From a virus (lineage: Duplodnaviria > Caudoviricetes): a stretch of DNA of 64,000 bases. A program made the position numbers and the translations under genes. The stretch spans positions 2,042 to 66,041 of IMG/VR virus record IMGVR_UViG_3300024319_000502, one strand, 5' to 3'. Below the pieces are notes generated by a model. It saw only the letters and a program-made list of their open reading frames with translations, did not search any database and was not told where the DNA came from. Of the stretch, positions 56,904 through 64,000 are shown one piece after another (positions within the stretch are counted from its first letter, which is position 1; every line of letters begins with the position of its first letter).

Positions 56904-58044
56904 TTTTACTGATCGAGGTAGGCCTTTGCCTAACGGTCTACGACCAGAGCAGTGTGTCAGTGATGACTTTACTATGAAGTCACCTTTCTTAGACTACCCA
57001 AGAATATTTTATTATCTTAAAGAATCAAATATCGATATGGAAATTAAATATACCAACGAAGCACCACAAGGTGCCTGGTATCCTGTCACAGTAAGTTGGT
57101 TTGATCATACCGTAGACTATTTTGAACTATTAAATCCTTTAGTATTTAAAAACAATCTTAAGATAGTATTCTTTTATCAAGAAGCAGATAATCCACAATA
57201 CATAGACAAACGTATTCAAGAACTGTGCGACAAACACAACTATTATAATGTAGCATTTGTATCGGGTAATTCGTCAGCAGATCAGTATGAATATACCTGG
57301 TATTGGCCTGAAGTAGAGTACATGTTTCAGCGGTCGGTTGACTTTAGTAAGGCGTCAATAACGCATTTTAAGCGTCGTAGTAAGCATTTTATGGCTTTAT
57401 GTAGGATAGACAAGCTAGAAAGAAGAATATTTATGAGCAATTTATGGAAAAATGGGCTAGATAAGCATGGTTATTTTAGTTATTGTCAAGAGCAGTTAAA
57501 TCAACACAATGATTATGCCGGTATTGACTTGTATGATGAGTTCTTAGCTGAACAAGAGCAGTTAGGACAAGAGTTTATCAAAGCAGGTCCTTTTTATGTA
57601 GATAGTTTAACCAGTGAACAGCGTAACGATTATTCAGTATTAACAGATGATATGTATCAAGACAGTTACTTTAATTTTGTGTTAGAAAGTTTTATTTGTA
57701 TCGACGGTAGTGACGGACAGAGTATAACTGAAAAAACTTGGAAACCTATTCTACATTGTCAACCATTTATCTGTTTAGCTGAACATCATCACTTACGTCA
57801 TCTGCATGAGCTAGGATATCATACCTTTGATAATATAATAGACGAAAGCTATGACGATATAGAAAACACTCAAGAACGATTTGAAGCTGTTGTAGCGTTA
57901 GCTCAAGACTTGGCTAGTATAGACTTAGACACTGCACACGAAATGTATAAGAAGTGTAGTGACAAGTTATTTGAAAATAGAGTACTGTTAGAAAATGTCA
58001 ACGGTAGTAGACTTAGGACTTTGATCGAGAACCTCTCAAAGTAA
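56881..58044 (+). CDS. Putative glycosyltransferase-like protein (EKxxKP family)
   Basis: TEKTWKPILHCQPF...GYHTFDNIIDESYD. Confidence 0.55.
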   Translation: MITLAIDNFTDRGRPLPNGLRPEQCVSDDFTMKSPFLDYPRIFYYLKESNIDMEIKYTNEAPQGAWYPVTVSWFDHTVDYFELLNPLVFKNNLKIVFFYQEADNPQYIDKRIQELCDKHNYYNVAFVSGNSSADQYEYTWYWPEVEYMFQRSVDFSKASITHFKRRSKHFMALCRIDKLERRIFMSNLWKNGLDKHGYFSYCQEQLNQHNDYAGIDLYDEFLAEQEQLGQEFIKAGPFYVDSLTSEQRNDYSVLTDDMYQDSYFNFVLESFICIDGSDGQSITEKTWKPILHCQPFICLAEHHHLRHLHELGYHTFDNIIDESYDDIENTQERFEAVVALAQDLASIDLDTAHEMYKKCSDKLFENRVLLENVNGSRLRTLIENLSK

Positions 58045-58756
58045 TATAAGTGTATACCTGATCAAAGAATCTTTTTCTCTTAGGTCCTTTAAAATCAACA
58101 AACACTGCCTTGGTATCAAACGCCGGACCACTTTTACTAACTCCAGTTATTCCGTTAGTGTTGTAATCAAATAACTTTATTCGTAAACCGTTCCACTCGT
58201 ATATTCTATCTTTATTTTTTATTTCAGGTAGTATGCCTTCTTCCTCAAGTAAGCGTTGTATAGCATACTGGTCGCCGCCCCATCGTTTCATCTTAGAACT
58301 TAGCTGTTCAAACACTTTTACTCTTGCATTAAAGAACTCGTCAATAAATCGATGATTGTGTAAATCACTGTCAACCAGTACTACTGTGTTATTAACTTTT
58401 TCTTTGACTAACATTATACCGAGATCAAATGTACCGTCAAACATTTCATCAAGATCACCATTTATTAAATGATCGCATCCACACATTACATAACGTCCTG
58501 GATTTTTCCATACGGCATGAGCATTTGCTACACAAACATTTTCCATTAATGAATTATTAGGTAAGTCTATTACTAGATACTGATCAAACTTTTCTTCAAA
58601 AGATGCAGTATCGTATTCTGTAATTAATGTAAAGCTATCACTGTTAAACTGTTTATATGTTTTATGAAGTTGTAGTACAGCACTACGATAATCAAATCCT
58701 TCAATTTGAGAAATTTTATCTTTGACGTCTTGATAAAAACAGATTACGTCAGCCAT
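58013..58756 (-). CDS. Putative GT-A glycosyltransferase
   Basis: GCDHLI, VNNTVV, WGGDQ, FKGPKRK. Confidence 0.55.
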   Translation of the reverse strand: MADVICFYQDVKDKISQIEGFDYRSAVLQLHKTYKQFNSDSFTLITEYDTASFEEKFDQYLVIDLPNNSLMENVCVANAHAVWKNPGRYVMCGCDHLINGDLDEMFDGTFDLGIMLVKEKVNNTVVLVDSDLHNHRFIDEFFNARVKVFEQLSSKMKRWGGDQYAIQRLLEEEGILPEIKNKDRIYEWNGLRIKLFDYNTNGITGVSKSGPAFDTKAVFVDFKGPKRKRFFDQVYTYITLRGSRSKS

Positions 58757-60228
58757 TAGCTACATACCTTAACACCATAAAGTTTTTCAAAACGATCAGC
58801 GTCGCTTCGATCATTGACCATTGGCTCGCCTCTGATATTTAAACTTGTATTAACTAACATAGGACAGCCAGTCATAACCATCCATTTTTCTAATAGCTGT
58901 CTTATACCACTTACTGAATCTTTAGGTACTGTCTGTACACGACTAGTTCCGTCTTTGTGTATAATTGCAGGAAAGTCTTTAGGGTGCTTACAACGAGCAA
59001 CTGTTTGCATATATGGTGATGTTGGAAATCCTGTAGGCATTTCAAAATACTCATTGACGTATTCTTCTAATATAACAGGCGCAAACGGTCTAAACTTTTG
59101 TCTACGTTTAATTTCGTTCACTTGATCTTTTATTTCTGCACCTCTTGGATCAGCTAGTAATGATCTATTACCTAAAGCACGAGGACCAAACTCAGCACGC
59201 CCACTTGCTACACCAACTATCTTCTTATTCATTAGTTCATCTAATAGTGCATTAACAGGATACTCACCTTCGATGTTTGTACCTAAGTAAGGATGTTGCC
59301 AGTTAACTTGTTTTCCGTATGCTAGAGACGCGGCACCTAATGCTGACCCACAATCACCCGGGTTAGGCATAATCCAAATATTGTCAAAGTATGCACCTAG
59401 ATGTTCATTGGCTAAACAGTTAAGAGCAACTCCACCCATGTAAACTAAATTATTGCTACGTCCTATTTGTTTTGCACGAGCCATTACTTCATGTAATAAT
59501 GTTTCTAAAGCGTTCTGTGCTGATGCCGCAATTTCAAAATCTGTCATTGAAGGCCTGTAATCATCACAGCCAAGATGTAGATTATTTTTAAATGTAAGTT
59601 CTGCTTTGTCTGATACAAAGTCATCTATCATCTTAAACTTGGGCATTGCATATGCGGCCATTCCCATTAAAATATATTCTTCATCTAACGGTCTTAGTCC
59701 TGCACGTTTAGTCATTGCTGAATAAAACAATCCTATTGAATGCGGGTAACGCTTACTCCATAATTTTTTATATTTGGCATAACCTCGGCTATCATACTCA
59801 GCATGCCATATAGTAACTGTTTCAAATTCTCCAATAGCGTCTATAACTACTACTGTTGCATCTTGATATGGTGATGTTTGGAAGCCTGCGGCCGCATGTG
59901 ACTTATGATGATTGTTTGTTTGTATTGGTGCATGTATAGGCAAGTCAGGTAACTGTTGCTTTAATATATTTTTAACTGTGAGTTTGTCCCACTCAATACC
60001 TTGCCCAGTTCTTAACTGTCTTAACTGTTTTAACCAAGGACGTTCATAATAGCTTATACTGTCAATGTTATTATAATCAAATTCTTTAAATTGATCTATA
60101 TGAAGTAGGCTGTCATTCTTATTTTTAGAATAACGCTCACTGTGACTAGCTAATACTATATCACCTTTATTATCAATAACAGCAATTCCAGCATCGTGGA
60201 ATCCTGAACTAATCCCCAAATAACTCAT
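58756..60228 (-). CDS. O-carbamoyltransferase (NodU/CmcH/TobZ family)
   Basis: HDAG, HHKSHAA, DAIGE, GGVALN, PGDCG, EFGPRALGNRS, RPFAP, NTSLN. Confidence 0.95.
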   Translation of the reverse strand: MSYLGISSGFHDAGIAVIDNKGDIVLASHSERYSKNKNDSLLHIDQFKEFDYNNIDSISYYERPWLKQLRQLRTGQGIEWDKLTVKNILKQQLPDLPIHAPIQTNNHHKSHAAAGFQTSPYQDATVVVIDAIGEFETVTIWHAEYDSRGYAKYKKLWSKRYPHSIGLFYSAMTKRAGLRPLDEEYILMGMAAYAMPKFKMIDDFVSDKAELTFKNNLHLGCDDYRPSMTDFEIAASAQNALETLLHEVMARAKQIGRSNNLVYMGGVALNCLANEHLGAYFDNIWIMPNPGDCGSALGAASLAYGKQVNWQHPYLGTNIEGEYPVNALLDELMNKKIVGVASGRAEFGPRALGNRSLLADPRGAEIKDQVNEIKRRQKFRPFAPVILEEYVNEYFEMPTGFPTSPYMQTVARCKHPKDFPAIIHKDGTSRVQTVPKDSVSGIRQLLEKWMVMTGCPMLVNTSLNIRGEPMVNDRSDADRFEKLYGVKVCS

Positions 60229-60388
60229 CGGCTCTCTTATCTAGTTCTTCTATTAATTTAACTTTATCATTGTCAGACATAGTTTCCCATTCTGCAATTT
60301 CTTCTGGTGTGCGTTGGCATCCATGACATTGTTTTGTTTCAGGATTTTGACTGCACACTCCTATACACGGATTTAAGTCTTGACTCAT
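60209..60388 (-). CDS. DUF1289-like small Cys-rich protein (59 aa, absent from the ORF track)
   Basis: PCIGVC...CHGCQRTPEEIAEW. Confidence 0.8.
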   Translation of the reverse strand: MSQDLNPCIGVCSQNPETKQCHGCQRTPEEIAEWETMSDNDKVKLIEELDKRADELFGD

Positions 60389-60486
60389 TTGTATATAAAA
60401 GGATCCTTTTTCCTTAGTGCTTTTAATTTTTTACGATAACGTATTTCTAGTTTAATCTTGTTTATTAAGTTTCTTAGCCATTTCAT
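60385..60486 (-). CDS. Tiny basic peptide (33 aa)
   Basis: MKWLRNLINKIKLEIRYRKKLKALRKKDPFIYK; ATGA-coupled to the next gene. Confidence 0.6.
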   Translation of the reverse strand: MKWLRNLINKIKLEIRYRKKLKALRKKDPFIYK

Positions 60487-61618
60487 TTTGATAATCGTAT
60501 CCTGGTTTTAATTTATTAATTTGCTGTTGTTTATGATCTTCATCCGACCAACAATAATCATATACTGCTTTTATGTCATCTATTTCAATACTGTATATAT
60601 CTAAGTAATTACTCATGATGTTCCAAATCTTAAACATGTCAGTAGTACCAAAGCTACGCTCAAAGTTTATTTGTCCTAACGGTAAGTAGCCTAAACTAAG
60701 TTTAGGATCTTTAGGATCTAAACCGTTTTTAAGTAACCAATTTTCAAACTCAAGTTGTTCTTCATCATGCCATGGACAGTCTTTATTTCTCATAACGTCT
60801 CTTGCCCACTCAACGTCAAACTCTCCTGAGTAGTATTGTAAGTGTGTTATTGCCTCACATGTTGCTTCATCTAACTCCGGTGCACCTTCATCACGGAAAA
60901 CTTCAAATAATGTTTTACCTATCTGTGTCCAGTGCATATAAACATGTCCAAACTGTCTATCGTACCCATTTGTTAAGAAGCCTTGTCTATGTTCGTCTGT
61001 TAACTCTTTACGGTTAACTCCAAAGTAAGTAGTTATTTGACTTGGGCGTGTCCATTCTGGTTCTATATAATCTTTACGCTGACTTAATATTAAACTTTCT
61101 ATCTCGTGACATAAATTGTTTAATTGTCTAATAGCGTACTTTGTTTCGTAATCAGCTAACTGATAGTAAGGACTTGGATTCTCTACTGTATTTTGTAATC
61201 GTTCAAAATGATTATGTAATACATTCATAGTATGATCTTTTATTCCTAAACCTACCCCATCGTTGGGATTTTGTTTAGTAGCTACACCGTATTCTTTTGG
61301 CCATCTAACTTGGTCTGGTGTATAATGATCAAATATAATATAAGGTTCTAGACCATGTTCTTGCCACGTGTCAGTATAGTTAAACATGTTGATAGTCTTA
61401 ACATGTGTATTAAGTTCCTCGCACAAGTATTCAAGTGTTCTTTGTGTTTTAGGGAATCCTAAGAAGCAATAGTTTTTTTCTAAGTGAAGATTAGTTTTAA
61501 GTATTTCTTTAAGACTAGTGTACCAGTCTTGGCCAATTTGTGTATTATTGACCTCAATATAATATGCAATCTTATCTTTTTTATCTAACGGATTTTGTAA
61601 TGTAACTTTAACTTCCAA
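60452..61618 (-). CDS. Hypothetical protein in the radical SAM / carbamoyltransferase operon
   Basis: Long clean ORF (LHNHFE, LNNLCHEIE); start uncertain (TTG at 61618 chosen). Confidence 0.7.
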   Translation of the reverse strand: MEVKVTLQNPLDKKDKIAYYIEVNNTQIGQDWYTSLKEILKTNLHLEKNYCFLGFPKTQRTLEYLCEELNTHVKTINMFNYTDTWQEHGLEPYIIFDHYTPDQVRWPKEYGVATKQNPNDGVGLGIKDHTMNVLHNHFERLQNTVENPSPYYQLADYETKYAIRQLNNLCHEIESLILSQRKDYIEPEWTRPSQITTYFGVNRKELTDEHRQGFLTNGYDRQFGHVYMHWTQIGKTLFEVFRDEGAPELDEATCEAITHLQYYSGEFDVEWARDVMRNKDCPWHDEEQLEFENWLLKNGLDPKDPKLSLGYLPLGQINFERSFGTTDMFKIWNIMSNYLDIYSIEIDDIKAVYDYCWSDEDHKQQQINKLKPGYDYQNEMAKKLNKQD

Positions 61619-62924
61619 TTGATTCCCACCATTCAAGTACTGATTGTCTATTAGATAATATATCACGCAGAGTTAATTTGTCGTTACGTATTTGCTCTAG
61701 CTGTAATATCCGTTGTTTGCCCTTAATAAGACCTTGTTCATACTGATCAGGCCATTGCTCTGCAAATGTAGGTCTATTTTTTAATTGTAGCATTACATCA
61801 CGCATAGCACCATTGGGCAGTGTATTTACAATTTCATCTACCCATGGGTCTAATAATTCTCTTGGAAGTGCTAGCGGACTTAGAATAATGTCTGGCGTAA
61901 AACTGAATATTACTTTTGCGAGGACGTCGGTCCCTTTTTGGTCGGCGAAGTCTTGGATGTTTTTGACTTCGAAGAGCCCTGGTAGTGTCGCAGTAAAGTC
62001 GACACGAACTTGGCGGCTCGTATTTGCTGTCTCAACTGCTTGATCATAATTTTTAACCCATTGATCATATTTGAGACCTGTTCTAATGTATTCTCCAATC
62101 TCTTTAGTTCCATCAATTGATGCACATATTTGCCAATCACGTAGATTAGGTAAAATATCACGGAAGAGGCTAGTGCCACGATGAACCACTCGACTGAGGT
62201 TAGTGTTGTATCTTGCATATACATTTGCTCCGTCACCTAGTTGGATAATTCGATTCATGTATGTCCAGTGTTGCTCATACATTAAAGGTTCACCACCTAC
62301 CCAGTAGACTTCTTCTATTCTATGTTCTTCTACTGCTTGAGCAAACTCTTGCTCAATTTGTGTGCTTTGAAACTTCTCGATATCCTTCTTGACTTCTGGC
62401 TTCATCCAATTGTTCTTAGGATTATGCCAGTTAATCATGTTATGCTGTCTTTGTTCTGACTCCCAAGCACTGGACAACATATCTCCACATGTACGGCACT
62501 TGAAATTGCAAAGGTTACTAAAGCGGTAATCCCACGACACAGGCTCCATTGTAGTGTAGCCATCTGCATCTGTAGTCTCCCATATCTTTGCATAGTATTT
62601 ACTGGAGAACAGGTGATCAAAATAACTACGGTAAACATCTGTGTTCAGTAACTTATCGTTACATACGGCACATTCCTTTAATGTTTCTCCATCCATCATG
62701 CGTTTACGCACTGATTTCATATGGTCTGAATTCCAATGTTTTTCTAAGGTAATTGGCTGATATTCACCGGTGCCTTCTTTGGTATCTATATACTGTTCAA
62801 ATGATTGTGCATCCTCACGACTAGCACAGCACATTCTACGTTCAGTCTGTGGTGATAGGTAAGTATGAGTCCACGGAGCCATACATAGCGTTTCTGGTCT
62901 GTTCTTAGGTTGCTTCATAACCAA
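61608..62924 (-). CDS. Radical SAM enzyme with N-terminal twitch/SPASM module
   Basis: CMAPW...CC...WNS...CAVC; CNFKCRTC; GGEPL; NTN; SIDG. Confidence 0.9.
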   Translation of the reverse strand: MVMKQPKNRPETLCMAPWTHTYLSPQTERRMCCASREDAQSFEQYIDTKEGTGEYQPITLEKHWNSDHMKSVRKRMMDGETLKECAVCNDKLLNTDVYRSYFDHLFSSKYYAKIWETTDADGYTTMEPVSWDYRFSNLCNFKCRTCGDMLSSAWESEQRQHNMINWHNPKNNWMKPEVKKDIEKFQSTQIEQEFAQAVEEHRIEEVYWVGGEPLMYEQHWTYMNRIIQLGDGANVYARYNTNLSRVVHRGTSLFRDILPNLRDWQICASIDGTKEIGEYIRTGLKYDQWVKNYDQAVETANTSRQVRVDFTATLPGLFEVKNIQDFADQKGTDVLAKVIFSFTPDIILSPLALPRELLDPWVDEIVNTLPNGAMRDVMLQLKNRPTFAEQWPDQYEQGLIKGKQRILQLEQIRNDKLTLRDILSNRQSVLEWWESIGS

Positions 62925-63999
62925 TTGCCTCAGCTAATTCAGGATGATGATCTGATAATACTTCAGCTCGTATGTTGTCAAACTTTTTAATGTTAGCTAA
63001 CAGTTCTCTTGAAGATTGATTACTATTACCTTGTTTGATAAATGTTATTACTCTGTCAAACTCTTTTTTATGTTTGTTTGTGTCAGGTATTTGTTCAAGT
63101 GTTTCAACAGCAAGAGTTTTTAGTTTATCACTGACATTAGCTACACAGTTATATTCTATTTCGTGTAACATATTCCAATAAACAAAATCAAAGTCTTGTT
63201 CGTCAATCCAATGACTTAACTTCTCAAGATACAATACATTAAACACATTAACAGTTGAACAACATTGCAGAACAATATTTCCTAGCTCCTGTTTAAGCTC
63301 CTTAAACTTACTAATGTTAGCATTGACTTCACTCCATTGAGCATTCTTACGTTGATATTCAAAACGTTCATCGACATCATCTATACTAAATGCAATTTCA
63401 ACTAACTTGAAGTGACTCCATATCTCCTTAGCATCTGGAAACTTTGTACCGTTGGTGTTGTAGTGTATTTCAATATTACCTGCTACACCTTTTTCTACTA
63501 GGGTTTCTAAGAACTGAAAGTGTTCTTTAATCATAAAGGGTTCGCCACCAGTAAACTCTAAGTAGCGTATGTTGTCTACATTGTCACTCATCTCTTCCCA
63601 GAATGATTGTTGTTCTCTTGGCCAGCGACCTTGTTCAATCATCTTGTAGGGGAAACTAGATTTACGTCGTGCTGTAGGAAACTGTTGAACTTCTTCTGTT
63701 GCGTATGAGCTTGAACTCCAACTACCGCATATACGACATTTTAAATTACATATGTTGCCTAGTTTAAAGTCAACAAACATTAACGGCTTTGCGTCACGAG
63801 TCCACTCGTCACTTATGCCCATATGCTCTAATCTATCTAAGGTATATTCTCTTTTTGATTTACCACCTGAGTCTTCTACTGCCCAACACTTCTTACAAGT
63901 GTCTGGCCTTTTGCCATCTAAAAACTCTTGGCGTAGATGTTTCATCTGCTCACTGTCTCTAGCTTGTTCAATTGGTGTTCCGCCTATCTTAAACTTGTT
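62905..63999 (-). CDS. Radical SAM enzyme with N-terminal twitch module, 5'-truncated by the window edge
   Basis: CKKCW; CNLKCRIC; GGEPF; NTNG; SIDD; frame is open to the window end. Confidence 0.9.
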   Translation of the reverse strand, partial: NKFKIGGTPIEQARDSEQMKHLRQEFLDGKRPDTCKKCWAVEDSGGKSKREYTLDRLEHMGISDEWTRDAKPLMFVDFKLGNICNLKCRICGSWSSSSYATEEVQQFPTARRKSSFPYKMIEQGRWPREQQSFWEEMSDNVDNIRYLEFTGGEPFMIKEHFQFLETLVEKGVAGNIEIHYNTNGTKFPDAKEIWSHFKLVEIAFSIDDVDERFEYQRKNAQWSEVNANISKFKELKQELGNIVLQCCSTVNVFNVLYLEKLSHWIDEQDFDFVYWNMLHEIEYNCVANVSDKLKTLAVETLEQIPDTNKHKKEFDRVITFIKQGNSNQSSRELLANIKKFDNIRAEVLSDHHPELAEAIGYEAT

Positions 64000-64000
64000 G

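Noticed and set aside
1-64000. Stop-codon reassignment, prophage or cellular origin
   Set aside because: Standard-code ORFs tile the window with all three stops used; no integrase, IS, rRNA or cellular housekeeping operons are seen.

Overview
This AT-rich, gene-dense 64 kb window is a segment of a large lytic dsDNA tailed-phage genome with T4-like/jumbo-phage organisation; the host cannot be determined from the sequence. Genes are almost all on + up to about 54 kb and mostly on - after 58 kb. From left to right it holds: (1) probable head-packaged proteins with T4-like N-terminal capsid-targeting leaders; (2) replication genes (family B DNA polymerase, probable sliding clamp, DsbA/GapR-like protein, RNase H-type flap nuclease, DHFR, ThyA); (3) a dispersed 7-deazaguanine DNA-modification pathway (TGT-fold DpdA-like enzyme, DpdL-like T-fold protein, FolE, QueD, QueE, no QueC in the window) with a GT-B glycosyltransferase and a purine phosphoribosyltransferase nearby; (4) a very large glycan-building and tailoring repertoire; (5) a lipid module (two desaturases, a ketosynthase, an oxygenase); (6) an RNA polymerase omega subunit next to a DksA/TraR zinc finger; (7) a MoxR AAA+ ATPase and its VWA partner; (8) an autotransporter-like subtilase; and (9) one tRNA-Thr(UGU). 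The strongest unexplained signals are non-coding: a riboswitch-like switch upstream of queD, a compact hairpin/pseudoknot upstream of folE, a double-pseudoknot RNA at 3144-3215, and promoters spaced so that many mRNAs would be leaderless. All family calls come from motifs recognised by eye; no database search or folding program was run.
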